DNA from: Octopus vulgaris | Lineage: Eukaryota | Assembly (NCBI GenBank): GCA_951406725.2 | Contig: OX597817.1 | Location: 83,266,001-83,330,000, forward strand | Direction: 5' to 3' | DNA: 64,000 nt | In this document: one piece after another, positions 25,950 through 41,638 of the stretch | Numbering within the stretch: position 1 is the first letter of the stretch | Layout: each line of letters begins with the position of its first letter | The notes under the pieces: generated by a model | The model's database searches: none | The model's input: the letters and a program-made list of their open reading frames with translations, nothing else | Told to the model about the DNA's origin: nothing | Position numbers and translations under genes: made by a program

Positions 25950-27830
25950 ACTGAGACTTTCATATAGACTTTAGTACAAATTACATTTGGGCTGATATAA
26001 TTAATTTCTCCCACCCTTTGTCATGGAATTCCTTGATATAGAAGTGATGGACTGATTCTGCTACTGGGATTCCTAGGTACCTATTTTTTGAATCCCACCA
26101 GATTTCTCTTTTTCTTATTTGTGGTCCTCTTTCCTAACACTTTTATAGTCTTCCCTAGGAATGGTGGTTAATGAAGTATCACGTTTTCTTTCTTACCCTT
26201 TCTTCTTTGTTGTTTCTCTGGTTAAGGCCACCGTGAAATTAAAGATTTTTACGTTTCGTCATTAAATGACCATGTCCATTTAATGTCTTTGTTTTTGTTG
26301 GTAGCATCCGTTGATTAAAGGGTTTTGACATACTAATCAGTATTTTCTATTTTGCGTTTACTATAGTAAGAATGATAAAGAAGTATCTCGCACCAGCTAT
26401 ACTTATTAGTGTATTTTGGTGCATGAGTACGTTCAAATTGCGAGATGCTTCAGACGGTTGCATTTTAATCGGAAGTTTTTAAATATTAAAAGGTAGTGCC
26501 AAATTTCTTAATCTGTCGATTTCCTACAATTTATCTTTTACCATAATCTATTCCATGTAGTATAAGAAAGTGTGGACAGAATAGTATGTTCATTTCTTCT
26601 TTGCTGATATAAGAGACCTGTTATATTTGACGTGGAATAATGACATTTTAATATCTAATCGAGCTAAGGTGGCGAGCTGGCAGAATCGCTACTACATCGG
26701 GCAAAATGTCTAACGGCATTTCGTCCGCCTTTAAATTCTGAGTTCAAATGTCACCAGAATCCACATTGCCTTTCATATCTTCGGGGTCGATAAAATAAGT
26801 ACCAGTTGAGTACTAGGGTCAATGCAATCCATTTAACCCGGACGCCAAAACTGTTGGCCTTGTGCCAAAATTGGAAACCAATATTTAATAGAGGTAAGGC
26901 AGTAAGATGACAGAATCTTTACCACGCCGAGAAAATTGCTTTGTAGCATGACATCTTACTTTACATTCTGAGTTTAACTATTTCTGAGGTCGACCTTGCC
27001 AGTCATTCTTCAGGGGTCAATAAAATCAGTGCCACTTGAGCACTGGGGTCGATGCAATCGACTTACGCGCTCTACCAAAACTTCTGGCTTTGTGCCTAAA
27101 TCTGAAACCAAATTTTAACCGAGGTTAGTTTGACAATAAAAAAAATTTGTTAGCAATATCGTCATGTTGTGTTGGAATGTAAAAAAATTCATTATATTTC
27201 GATACCTAAAATAATATGTGAAATATCTTCCATAAATATGTAACAATAGAAAATTTTGATCGCATTCTAGGATTAATTATTTCCTTGTGCCTGTTTTTCG
27301 ACATGTATTTCGCAAACATTTAAAAGTCAGAGACGACATTTTAATACAATTACGCTATTTTAGTTTAGTTTACATATGCATAAGCCTCAAACTTTAACAT
27401 TATATAACATCCATGAATCCAAGCCACGTTAAACTTCCTGGTGATAATGGCCTCACTTTCAAATTTCCGAGAAACCTTTTCTTGATATCCAGAGTGTTCT
27501 TTCTCCAGGTATTTGGCGATGTAAGCTCTCATGGTAGTTCTTGAAAAGGTCATTTCCTCTCATAAGATGTGCCTTAATTAAAGGTAGTTTTTGTTGTTGC
27601 TTAGCAGGTAAGACATTCAACAACCAAATGCAGATTGGTCTAATACTGCCATTTGTCTTCTAGCTTTAACATATATGTCATATATCACATCGACTTCGTA
27701 ATTTACTTCAATATTTCAAATGTTGGTCCCACTTTTATTAGTATAAGTGCAAAGAGCTATATGTATTTAACCCGGAGTAATAACTTCGTGTCACTGTATT
27801 CTAGTTCACAGCCCCTTTCATATGATACAT
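25950..27830 (-). mobile_element. Highly decayed LINE RT region (RTE/CR1-like), interrupted by SINEs
   Basis: Weak RT-like remnant VSRKFESE...WIHGC on the minus strand (compare S..F....GV.QGC). Boundaries are approximate. Confidence 0.3.
26666..27112 (+). mobile_element. Two tandem SINE family B copies (26666-26885 and 26896-27112)
   Basis: Each has an AAGGYRG.RAG.TG.CAGAATC head and a GAAACCAA tail. Confidence 0.85.
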
Positions 27831-28649
27831 TTTCATTTAGGTATTTATAGCATTTAGGTATTTATAGCATTAATTCTGCGGACCTGAGCAGTTAGGAGAC
27901 TATTGATATGAATTTGCGATATACTTCCATTCATTTATCAAGTACTATACACTCTTTTGCCGAAATTCTATCCAGTTACATTCTAAAACGCAGTTATTTA
28001 GTGACGGCATTTCTTACATATCAAATATTTTTAGTATAAATATTTCGTTAGCAAACGCACAACTTACGTTACATTACTTTTTATTGCGATACGTAATATA
28101 TAACTTCTGAGGATTTAGATAAAGAATTACTGGGAGTTCAGTCTTTAAACAAAATCACGGAAAATGTGTATCGTTAGAACTGTTCTTTCGAAAGAGTTAA
28201 TCAGTACTAGAGTGAGAATGGCTGATCTGATCTTTAGTGTTTATAAGCTTTTTGAATGTCAGTAAGTGGGCTAGCATACCGTGGAAGGCTAATCATGCCA
28301 AATGCAGTCATTTCAATAACTGTGAGAGAAGGAGTCAAACACTTTTCTGTTATCACAACTACCACTAAATATAAACACAGAAGACCAACAAAAATAAGTT
28401 AAATCACTCTCAGACCACACTCTGTATTTTTAAGAACATACTGGAAATTAATTTTCACATTCATACACACAAAGGTTTTCACTAGCGTCCAGTGAGGTCT
28501 AGTTATACATTCACAAAATTATATTTTATTATTCTCCTGTAACCTCTGAACATTCTTTTAATATTCATTGACCACTTGCGTTTACCCAACACAAAAACAG
28601 AAGTTAATAATCCTCACTATTAACAAACAGTGATTATTATCATTACACA

Positions 28650-28864
28650 GGTGGCAAGCTGGCAGAATGGTTAGCACGCTAAGCAAACTGCTTAGCAGCA
28701 TTTCGTTCGTCTTTATGTTCGGAGTTCAAATTCCGCCGAAGTCAACCTTGTCTTTCATCCTTTCAGGTTCGCTTAAAATAAGTATCAGTTGAGAACGGAG
28801 GCTGATGTAACCTACTTATCCCCTTCCCAAAATTGCTGACCTTATACCAAAATTTAAAACCATT
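28650..28864 (+). mobile_element. SINE family B
   Basis: Matches the other family B copies. Confidence 0.85.
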
Positions 28865-29534
28865 ATTATCATTACATTTCTCCTTTATATAAACTAAATA
28901 ACCTTCTAAACTCCAATACTTTTCGTCAGCTAATTTTAATATCGCATTTGCCAAAGTTTAAGAATTAGAAATAGACGCCTTTACATGAGCTTTTGCGCAT
29001 CTGTACAATCATATTCACTATTCATTTATGCATACATATACATTTCCACCTATATATATACACACTGAACATTGTCCTGTCCTTTGTGTATACTGAGAAA
29101 GTAAAAAAAAAAATTATTTGCTATGACCTATTCCAACTTCTTTTGTTCACTTCTCTACCTTCACTATCAGCTTGTTCTTGTTTATAATTTCACCATTACC
29201 TAAATACTCAATTGAATAATGGTTTTCTTCTGAAACGAAGGGTCTTTTTGAAATGCTAGATTCCTCTTTTCACTGTGTGCGAAATTACCCTAAATCATGA
29301 ACTTTTCTTTCATCAAGTATAATGCATTCTTTTGACCAAACGCTAACCTTATAGAAGTTTTCTGTTCAGCTGCCATTATTTTGCTGAATTCACAAATATT
29401 GTTTGAGAGAGCTATTGTACAGCTTATGTGAAACGTTTAAGCAAGGGATAGGCCTATTGTCGTTGCTAAGTGCGTTTTCAATTTTCAGTATTTGATCGCA
29501 GTATAATGAGCAAGTTTTAAGAATTGTTACTGTG

Positions 29535-29720
29535 CAGGGCAAAATGCTTAACGGCATTTTGTCCGTCACGTTCTGAGTTTAAATTTCGCAGATGCCTACT
29601 TTCCTTTTCAGCATTTCGAGATCAATAGAATAAGTACCACTTGAGCACTGCAGTCGATGTAATCGACTTGCCCTCTCTCCCGAAATTGCTGGCCATTTAC
29701 CAAAATTTGGAACCAATATA
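29535..29720 (+). mobile_element. SINE family B, 5'-truncated
   Basis: Matches the other family B copies. Confidence 0.8.
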
Positions 29721-30509
29721 TTATTGTAGCATGGCAACCAGTGTGGTATACCGATTTTGTCTTGTATAGAATATTTACATATGCCCGTGGGTGGTCGTCT
29801 CTAGAACGTCGACAGTTAGTATCAACACCAAGTATTATATATATATATATATATATATTGATTCCTTCTTGTTATGCAACTTTAGAAAATGTTTATAAAA
29901 GTGTCCATGCTAATAGTGTGTGTGCTGTGGGGCATTATGGCTGAAAATTATCCTTTTAGTCTTAAAATAGTTTCAAATTAGATTATTTTTATACAGATAT
30001 GTTACAGATGTTCTACAGTACCAGACTTGTGTGTTAAAGGTAAATATGTGGATACGTATGACACGCTCATGTAGTTGTTCTTTGTAAAGGGTTAAGGGAA
30101 CAGAATACTTTTATTCCTTCCTCTATCATTTTAATCATCTGCTCTTCTTAGAACGTTTATATTATTATTATTATCATTAAATGTATTTCAGTTACCATGT
30201 TGATAAGATGGATTCCGTATTTATAGCTTGATAACCTTAAAATTTTCCATTTACAGCAAAGATGGCAAAAAAAATTCATAAAAAAAAATTTACTGGATTA
30301 TTAGAATACATAAAGATCTTTATCTACTCAACGATTATTTTTCCTTGGACAATATTTCATACACATTCATATTTTATTTTATGTTGCTCGTTTTATAGAA
30401 TTTATGTAATTCTTTTTCTGATTTAAGAAATGCGCATTCCAAGTGTTCATATTTCAACCTCACACCTATACCGCTGTTGTTTTCTAATCAAAATAAAAAT
30501 ACCATAATT

Positions 30510-30556
<47 letters not shown>

Positions 30557-30559
30557 TAC

Positions 30560-30634
<75 letters not shown>

Positions 30635-30636
<2 letters not shown>

Positions 30637-31112
30637 TGTTTGACTTTTGCTTTGCATTTGTACAAGTTGGATCCAAGTCTCACCCAGAGACCTCAAGAGA
30701 CAACAGGTTGGAAGTTCATGTTGTTGTTATGCCTAGTGTGCCATATATTTGGGGTTTTTTTGGTGTTGTACTAGTGAATGTCCCCCCCCCAAAAAAAAAA
30801 CGAAAATTATGTTTGTTTTAAACCCTGAGATTACATAGAAAGTATTTTGCGTAGGATATGAGCAGTTCCCATGAGTACTATCTTTTGAATTCCTGCCATT
30901 TTGGGGTTTCCTGGTAACTGAGTTAGGTAGCAATCAGCCCCTTTCGCTATCACTCCCAGGGCACCTATGACAACAAGTATTGTTTTAGTTTTCAGGTTCC
31001 ACATTTTGCTGATTTCTATTTCAAGATCTTTATATTTGCTCAGTTTTTGGTAGGTCTTGACAGATACGTTTATATTATTATTATTATCATTATTGACAGA
31101 TACGTTTATTAT
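30635..31112 (-). mobile_element. 5'-truncated R4/Dong-clade non-LTR retrotransposon (restriction-like endonuclease C-terminus plus 3' UTR) in (TAA)n
   Basis: KLSKYKDLEIEISKMWNLKTKTILVVIGALG...IQKIVLMGTAHILRKIL is the typical RLE C-terminus. TAA repeats flank both sides. Confidence 0.85.
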
Positions 31113-31126
31113 TATTATAATTATTA

Positions 31127-31200
<74 letters not shown>

Positions 31201-31204
31201 ATCA

Positions 31205-31242
<38 letters not shown>

Positions 31243-31244
31243 AT

Positions 31245-31300
<56 letters not shown>

Positions 31301-31448
31301 TATTTCATATGTTTTACAGAAATGTTATTTCATTAAAGTTTTCTTTACAGTTTTAGTTCTTCTGGTTTGAAATTATCCTAAACATTAATATGAAAATAAT
31401 TACTTCCTTACTTACTGATTGTTTCATTCTCTATGATGATGTACCAGG

Positions 31449-31975
31449 TCAGAAACTGACTATCCAGGTATTTGAAAGCAGTAGGGAATATAAACAAAGG
31501 GGAAGTGCGTCCGATGCCGGAGCCCCGAAATCGAATGACGACGATAACGCAATTGTATGAAAACAAAGACCAAACATGTACCGATGGAGATAAGCAGGTT
31601 TCTTAAAGGATACTAAGAAAGACTCGGTGAAAAAACAACGTAAGAGCTTTAAAAAGGAGAGGTTAGGTACATCTCCTACAAATACCAAACTCTCACTCCT
31701 GAGAACCAATGAAGGAGAACCAATGTACAGAACGAAACCGGCTATGATCGAATTTATTGTGAGGATTGCTTTACCACTCGCTTTCAACTCGATAAGGCAT
31801 GCAATGTCCCTAGTTTCATGATCATTGCAAAAGTAGTTGAACAATGGACGATGCTCACGGATAAAAGACAGGTACATTCCTCTTTGGGTAAAGTGCACAA
31901 TTACCGTTTCAAGTTCAAAATGAGGGTGAGAGGGCAGTGATTCTTCCAGCGAACTTTTGTAAGAGTAGTTGATTG
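31449..31975 (-). other. Non-repetitive open frame of about 170 aa, probably retroelement-derived; unidentified
   Basis: Higher GC and stop-free on the minus strand, with short tandem repeats just upstream (31980-32040). No motif recognised. Confidence 0.2.
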
Positions 31976-32944
31976 TGACAGAACGGGTCAGAATGAAACA
32001 GGTTAGTAAGAGCGGGTTAGAATGAACGGATTAGTAAGAAACTATCTGTAGACTGAATGACAACATCTGGGTGCGCACTTACGTCTTTTGAGGCCAGAAT
32101 GATCCTGGATCTGTATTTCCTTTATTGTCCCTGGTTTCAGGCTCTTCAAGAAGTTTTTACCGTACTTCGCGTATTTTCACTTATTTTGTATACTGATGTA
32201 TACCTTTTTTTAATCTCCTTCTTTGCCTTTCTTTCCAGAAAAAAATCCCCCTCATTTGATGCCCATATAAAAAATAAAAGAAAGTATCATTAGTAGTAAT
32301 AGTATTATTAGTATAATTAGTAGTGTTAGCATAAGTAGTTGTAACAGTAGAGGTAACATCAACAGCAGTAGTGGCAACATTAGTTATTGATGTTTTAGTT
32401 GACGAAACGTTCTTGCAGCGACATCAATCAGTCCATTTTGTATAACCATGGAAGTAATAATCGATGTCGCAACTAAAGACATCAAAATTAATTACCAAAC
32501 CAAAAACAATAAAAATTTCCCACGTGATAGACTCAAACTTTCCGTATTCATAATGTTTTTTTTTTCCTACTTACGATGCTATTCAGGTAAGAGTCAATAG
32601 TTAAATGATACACTAAAACATACTATGACATTTGTGGCCTGCTAAATATTCACTAAATATCTGGAGATGCACCAATCTATTTGCAAATATCTGTCTCGTA
32701 TTTAAGTGACTCTAATTATAAACGTTTGAATGATAGACTGTTGACACATTTGGAGCAAGCCATAATCATTTTACGTACCGGAACAAAGTAGATTACACTT
32801 CATAAAAGTTTCGGTTCGGTTCTTTACCACAATAATAAACATTCAGTTCGGTTAATACAATAATAGAATCATTCCAGCAAGATATATTATTGTATTCTTC
32901 AAATGATTAATGTTTTAAGATATTCTTCATTTTCTTGTTTTAAA

Positions 32945-33717
<773 letters not shown>

Positions 33718-33830
33718 ATGTATGTATGTATGTATGTATGTATGTATGTATGTATGTATGTATGTATGTATGTATGTATGTATGTATGTATACACACACG
33801 CACAAACATATACATACATATACATATGTG

Positions 33831-34325
33831 CAGGCTAAATTTGATAGGTTGCATAAAAAGTTAAAATCACAATATCACATCCAGAAATAAAAGTATATAA
33901 AACAATCAAAAGTATGAAGTAGATTATGGCTGGAAGATAGCCGTTTAATGGAAGTAGCCGATCTCAGTTTCCACCACGCCCTCAAAAAGGATGCGGGACC
34001 TAATGCATGCGCTCCTCACTGAGTCCTGCGAAAATCTTCGAACGCCTCCTTGGTCTGGGCAACTGGCTCGGTCTTAGTGTTGCGAGCACAGTGGTTGGTG
34101 TCTTTTTCGACCACGCCCCACACATTGTAATCCATGGGATTACAACTAGAGGAATTTGGACTCCAGAAATTTGGGCTGGTGAAGTCGTAGAAATTCCAAA
34201 ACATTTACCTTTGGCTCTTTCAGAGGTATGGGAAGGAGACGAAACCTGCTGCTACACACACATGGCCTTCCAGGGTTTGAATACAGTCTCCAGCAGCCTC
34301 ACGTTGCCATCTAAATTAAACCTAA
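33831..34325 (-). mobile_element. Tc1/mariner DD37D (maT-like) transposase C-terminal fragment
   Basis: NFYDFTSPNFWSPNSSSCNPMDYNVWGVVEKDTN, homologous to 53456-54448. Confidence 0.8.
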
Positions 34326-34758
34326 GGTCCTGCTGAGAAAGAAGATCGTGTTTGCAAGCCGTCACCCTCAAAGTGCCTGCGTCACTTCCTACTAGTGATG
34401 GCATTCTAGTCCCCGCCCATATCACGTCTTACAACTTTTATAGTATTCATAGAGCATTGAGCAGCTCAAGATGTTACCTACGTTTGAAACATAGCATTGT
34501 AGCTAGAACATTATATAATGAAATCTGGAGAAAGGATTATCTTTAGGATACAAATATAAGAAGCAACAATGAAGCAGTTGGTTGTTTAATCACATATAAT
34601 TGGAAAGAATACTTGTTTAAGGATTTGTCTTCCACAAAATGCAAACTCAACAGACAGACTTAATGATCTGGGATAGAGAAAGCAAACTAAGCCTCATTTA
34701 ATTTGAAATCAACTGGCAACCGAATATTAACAATTAGTGAAAAAAAAACATTTATGTA

Positions 34759-35180
34759 GGCGTAGGAGTGGCTGTGTGGTAAGTAGCTTGCCTACGAACC
34801 ACATGGTTCCGGGTTCAGTTCCACTGCGTGGCATTTTGGGCAAGTGTTTTCTACTATAGCCGCGGGCCGAACAAAGCCTTGTGAGTGATTTCGGTAGATG
34901 GAAAGTGAAAGAAGCCTGTCGTATATATGTATATATATATATATGTATCTATGTGTGTATGTGGTTTTTGTGTGGTTTTTGTGTCTGTGTTTGTCGCCCC
35001 AACATCGCTTGAAAACCGATGCTGGTGCGTTTACGTCCCCGTAAGTTAGCGGCTCGGCAAAAGAAACCGATAGAATAAGTACTAGGCTTACAAAGAATAA
35101 GTCCTGGGGTGAATTTGCTCGACTAAAGGCGGTGCTCCAGCTTGGCCACAGTCACATGCCTGAAACAAGTAAAAGAGTAA
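34759..35180 (+). mobile_element. SINE family A, full length
   Basis: Close match to 22502-22948. Confidence 0.92.
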
Positions 35181-38100
35181 CTGATGAAAATCTGCATTTG
35201 CTGCTTGTGCACATGCATTCACACACATTTGTATATATTCATCTCTTTCTCAATTAGTGAAAACTTCAGAAAATAAAAACAAGGATATATACATATTTAT
35301 ATCCTTACCTAAATATAAAACCTCACTGAATACATAAATCATTCTACCAGGTAATACGCTCAACATGCAACACCTAAATATTCTTTAAAATGTCGAGATT
35401 AGAATCAATAATTCATGAAAACAGATAGTCCTTCCTAGCACAATACAGAATACAGATAACGTGCGTGCAGACATAATAGCATCCCAAATATGCACTTTTT
35501 TATCCCGAGATAATGCATGCCTCATAAATCTACCTACAACAACTATTCAACGTATACCATCCCCTAATTCACATATCTATCTATAAACAATATGGCAAAA
35601 TACGCTGTTCTAACTACTTAATCATCACCACAAAAGGCTCGCATTTTAATCTACGAAGAAGGAATGACACTTTTACGAACTTACAAAATTATTCTAGAAC
35701 CATTTCACCAGTAAAAAGAAATCAAAGCTCGCAGGATACAGAATCACTATAATGACCATTGATACATAGATTTATCGAAATAATTATTGGTCCATAAAAA
35801 TAAATCCTACAAAGCAATATGGAAAAATGTTAATCATATAAGAGAAATATCGAACCTAAAAATGGTTAAGGGCGTAAGTAAAATGCAAAACTATCCATAG
35901 TAGGCCATCAAGTCAGTTGATGACCAGACACAATACCCAACACACAACAGAAATATAATGAAGCAGTAAATTCAACAAGGAAACAACAAAAATAAACTGA
36001 AGAAAAAGAGAAAAATAGCAAATGTTAATGTCCAATGTAAATCTCAAATAGAAGCAATGAAACACTAAATATAACTAATAGAAACATCAATGCAATAACG
36101 ACAACAATCACAATATACTACACGTCATAATAACACATTTAAATATGTTCTCCTCTACACTAAGCAAAGGTTATTCTAGAACATTTCTTGCAAAGTAATT
36201 CCATGAAAAAATATTGGAATACAAAGCAAAGTATATATATCTATTTACACATTTACACACTTGTTTCTATCAGACACTCTCATCTAAATGTGAATCTTAA
36301 GGCTGAAAAGTCTCAGGGCGTGAAAGAATTGTATATATAGTCCTAAAACAGTTAAGGTCTGAATTACTCATTACATTCAGAAATATTTATAACTGCTTTT
36401 CGAATATTGTAAGATTTTATGAATCTTGAAATTGGACAGAATCAATATAGTTCTGAAACACACCGAAATTCCAAGTAATAGATCACCATACAAAAATTTA
36501 TCCCACTAATGAAAACCCTTGCAATGCTTATTGTTATATCAAACGGGCATCTTCCACATTTCGAAGTCGGAAAAATGATTGAAATTATTCACAAATCTAT
36601 CACAAAGTTGATATACGACGGTTTTATAATACATCTATTCACACACAATATGTCAGTTACCATCGACATTAGCACAACTATCCACCCTATTCTCCACTAT
36701 TCCATTACAAACAACGCTGATTACCGAACTACTTTTCAGTTTTCCAAGCCTATGTAGCATATAAAGCTAACATATCCAGAATTTCAAATTTCACGAATGA
36801 AATTCTATTCTTTCATGTACATGCTTTAACATAACCTATAGAGTTTCCCAACAAGTACCTCACAAATACATACCACCCCATACGTAGATTAATTCACAGA
36901 AACAATTCTATAATCACAGTTACACTAATATTCCTCTCTAGCGCCAATGGTTCTAGAAATAATTAAATATAACATTTACCAAATCCACTGCCTTGCTTCT
37001 TAGAAGCAACATCTAGAATACCAAATACAACCCATGAATATAGAAAATAAAACTAATAGGAGTTACATGCAGCACCTCAGCGACAGTCACATCAATCATA
37101 GAAGACTAAGAATCACTATGTTTGGCAAATAAAAATAAATAATATATATAACATACAGATATGAAATTACATCCACCATGGATAATATTTATGCTAATTG
37201 GGATCCAATTTCTTTACAACACATACAAACACAATACAAGCTATTTGAATCACAGGTACTCTGTGATTCAAATCACATTGTAAAAAATGTCTCAGTTTAT
37301 CTGCAAGACCCTGTACCTCACTGGTGACGCAGGTTAAGAATTACAGAAAGTTTTTCTGCTGTTTTGAAAGTTGGACTTATTCTTGAAAATTAAGATACAG
37401 ATTCCTAATACACCTTAATTTTCGTGTCATCGTCTCTCGTTTTGTAGATGTAGCGTACCATTTAACATGTTTAAGCTACCTGTGTTCTGAACCTAGTTGC
37501 ACTTTATTTAAATTTTGATGACTTTCCATTTGATCTCATTTTCATGAATAATTTCAAACTAAGGCAGTTATTACGTTAATATTCCGGCTTATAAAATCTC
37601 CGATGTCTGTATTCAAACAGGAATTCAACTAACGTTTTTATCCTGTAACTCATTCTGATTTTTATGTCTTAATACTTGAAAATGTTTAAATCTATTCAAC
37701 GGACGAGATCTTTCCTATTTATAACTTATATGATAAGATTATTTTATCCAACAGAGTGATAAATTTTAGTTTTGTTTTCAATATACATAAACAAAGAGAA
37801 GAAAATATATTTAAATTTGAGTATTGTGTCATTTTGCTTTCATGTTTGTTTTGATTTTGGATTATGTTTCATGTTGTGCTGACATCTTCTTTCACACAAG
37901 GAAGAAATTGAATTTACAAGAGTTATTTGTACTTTATTCGAGTTTATCTGCCATTGTTTACTTATTATTTTGGATTTACAAATTGATGGAATTAAATAAC
38001 GAAAAAGTTGGGGACAAAACTAAAATAATATGAATGACAAATTTCAGTGAAATATCTTCTTATCCAAAGATATTAGTCACTAAATAAAAGCCTTAATATT

Positions 38101-38817
38101 TGTCCCAAGTGGTTTAGTTGTTTACCTATGTATCATGTCAGCCAAGTGTACTGTAGTATATACATATTCAGTATTTTCTCTCATCGGCTGCCAGATATAT
38201 GCCGGAAAACTAATTAATGCAAGAATATAATGTCTATAAACTGGTGTTTTAAGTCTATATCATGTAAATATTTATCACCATGTGCCTACATTGAGAATCT
38301 AATATAAATATTTATCATGTTTGCACATTCGATAAATGCTTTGGGTTTCACTCGAAAATAGTGCAGCGGTTATCAAAATGTATTTTTATTCTCTTGAAGA
38401 GCGCTCACACTAAAAGAAAATACCAAACCTAGATGGTGTATGTTAAACACTTTAAAATACAACTTATAGACCACAGTAAACCATAGACTCTTCCTATCTC
38501 ATGCAAAATTTGCACAGGGTATGGTTATTGTCAGCAATGGACAAATGGAAAGAAGAAATATCTAAATTTGGCGTGTTTGGAGGGAAACAAAAAAGCATTT
38601 TGATTTTGATTTTACTATTATCAGCATCAAGGACATTAGTGCAAATATTTGAAGTTGACATATCTTCACAGGAATCAGCAAGAATATCTACTCCCTATCC
38701 CCATCTGCCAGGGCTACTTGATGATGATGATGAGGAGGAGGAGGATTCAGCTGCTCGATGCTTTCGGCAATTTGAAAAGAGTGACCTCATTTAGAGCTTG
38801 AGCCTCTGCAATGAATA

Positions 38818-38855
<38 letters not shown>

Positions 38856-38883
38856 AAATTCAGGAGAAGGAATAGATACAATC

Positions 38884-38972
38884 CAGGTTACTCATGTTTC
38901 ATAGCTAGGGGAACGTCGGAAGTAGTAATTACCCAAATGAGGAATAATCCGCCTGCTACTCTTCACGAACTT
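38884..38972 (-). ncRNA. Degenerate hammerhead in a TA-flanked element
   Basis: Minus strand reads (C)GUGAAGA GUAGC...GCUAU GAAAC AUGA GUA. Helix I pairs poorly. Confidence 0.35.
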
Positions 38973-40957
38973 TATTTCAATAAGATACCTTAGTGAAATG
39001 AAGGTTACATCGTACTTAAGGAATTCCATGTTAACTCGCAGAAGATTTGATCTAAATTTTAATTTTTATTCCCATACTCAGCGACCCCAGCTGCTAACTG
39101 TGAATTGTAAAATAACTTTTTTCAGTTTACAAACTTCGGTATGGGAAACATTTACAACCTTCTACGTCAATAAACCATTATTGTTCCTGAAAGTCGTTTT
39201 TTTTATACATTCTACGGACTGTTCGAAGCTTACTTACTTCCTACACTTTGATCCTTAGATCTCCCTCTCTCTCTCTCCATATATATAAAAATATGGCTGG
39301 ATGGATGGATGGATGGGTATAACTCGCAAATATGCTTCAATCACAATATCACAAACTCACATCTTCCACTCTTTATATAAATTACTACTACAATGCAATA
39401 TTTATTTCACCAAGAAAGCATCTGGTACACACGGCTCTAATAGATCTCGCATATATTATGTCTTACGACGTACATCCTACTCAAAACATCATCGCTCATT
39501 TCTTACTACCATAACTGCAGTCCTTTGGAAAATCGTTTCGCCTATGTTTTCACCGCATATATATTGACCAATATGCTCAAAATCAACTATATCAATATCA
39601 GCAGTCTGTGGGGGCCTACAAACAACATAGGTACTGTCTTTTCTCACCTGAATAAGTTATGTACAACATTAACAAGTAATGGGTGGTGATTGGTAGAATC
39701 ATTACAGCGTCGAATAAAATGTTTTGTGGTATTTGTTCCGTTTCTTTACATTCAAAATTAAAATATGCCTATGTGTTCGCTCTAGGGGCGATAAGGAGAT
39801 TTACTGGTCAATATGTAAAACAATCAAAAAACTTAAAACCACTTTTACACTAGTCAAGAGTAGATCTAATCGACTAACCGATCCCCACAAAGATGTGAAC
39901 TCATGTACCTATTTAAGAAATCAATATTATTATTTACAAAATGGAAAGGGATTGGTAGAATTTATGGATTGGTATAGATGGTAGAAGCAGTCGAATGCTG
40001 GATAAAGTAGGGAGGTCGATAACAGGATTTTTCTGTCTTTAGTTTATGTTACATTACATTCTTAGTAATATCCAACAAAAGTCGGCGTAATCTTTCCCCT
40101 TTTCGGGGTCGTCTTTATAAAGAAGCATAAACTACCATTTTACGAGACATTACGAAAATCTTAAGCCTATGTTATAAGTGTAGCAACAGTAGTAACAGCG
40201 TTCTATGTACATTTATTTGGTAGAATGTATCCCTGCCTACTTTTGTTACGTATATAGTATTTTACCTTTCAAATTCACATTTGATCTTCTTGCTATACTG
40301 CTGTTATTTCTGATTCAAAAAAAAAAACGTGAGATGACAACTGTAGAGCACCTGATATTCTGCCTACACTGGAAAGGTTATTCTTCCTCATTTTTGTTTG
40401 TGTGCGTGTGTAGGTTTTTGATATTTCAGTAGATTCGTTCACAGAGATTACAGTCTTACACTCAAAAAGTATTACTATATTCCATTGTTATGCGCTTTGA
40501 GCTGTTTAAACTATCGCAAAAATAGTAATTCAAAGGAGAATAATTTAGCATCCTTTTGAACAACTAGTTATAACCGATGCAAATCTGATTTGACAGTGTA
40601 CTTGTGCATTTATGTCAAACTTTAGGCTCTTTGAAATAAGTTGTTGGATTTCATCCTTTATTTTATTTTATTTTTTGTTGTTTTTTTGTTTTCAGTTCCA
40701 ACTATCCTATCTGAACGTGACAAGGGAAGTAGCAATTTAGCTCCATTCGCAAACCTATCTCTTTTTAATGGTATGTTTCATTTGATCTTTTATCGTTCTT
40801 TCGAGATCTTAACATGGAACATAATAGTTGAATATAAATTCCTTCTTAAGTGTTCCAGTAGATCAGTATGATGTATATATTTTACCTTCAAGTCTCAACC
40901 TGAAACTGCACTAAAAATTTTTATTGTTGAAGATATATCAACATTTATACACACATA

Positions 40958-41014
<57 letters not shown>

Positions 41015-41370
41015 TTGTGTGTACTTAATTATACATGCATGCGCATACACAGACATATAAATTCTCTTCTTATTTGGGGTTAAATTTAGACTAGAGAAAT
41101 ACATTGGTACCGATTCCGTTGATTATATGAATTTTCATGCACACAAACTCATTATTTTGATCGCTGTTGTATTAGATGCGATGTATCTTAAACTTCATTT
41201 ACATCTAAATAATTTACCTTCATAGTAAGTGGCAATGTCTTATAAGCAGTTGTTCAATTTCTTTGCCAACTTCTATTCAGGATGATCTATTGTCTAAATT
41301 ATTTTCACATGAGCAAAGTTATTACAGATTCCACTTGATTTAATTTATAATATGACAATTCCCTTATATA

Positions 41371-41553
41371 CTCTCTTTACTCTTTTACTTCTTTCAGTCA
41401 TTTGACTGTGGCTATGTTAGAGCACCGCCTTTAGTCGACCTCAGGACTTATTCTTTGTAAGCTTAGTACTTATTCTATCGGTCTCTTTTGCCGAACTGCT
41501 AAACACACCACCATCGGTTGTCAAGCGATGTTGGGGGGACAAACACAGACACA

Positions 41554-41638
<85 letters not shown>

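Noticed and set aside
37244-37272. 12-bp stem hairpin TTTGAATCACAG/CTGTGATTCAAA
   Set aside because: Isolated and short with no supporting context. Bacterial-type terminators do not apply here.
38501-38794. ORF or exon with an acidic DDDDEEEED run
   Set aside because: The run comes from a GAT/GAG microsatellite, the donor site is weak and no partner exons or homology are recognisable. It cannot be excluded.
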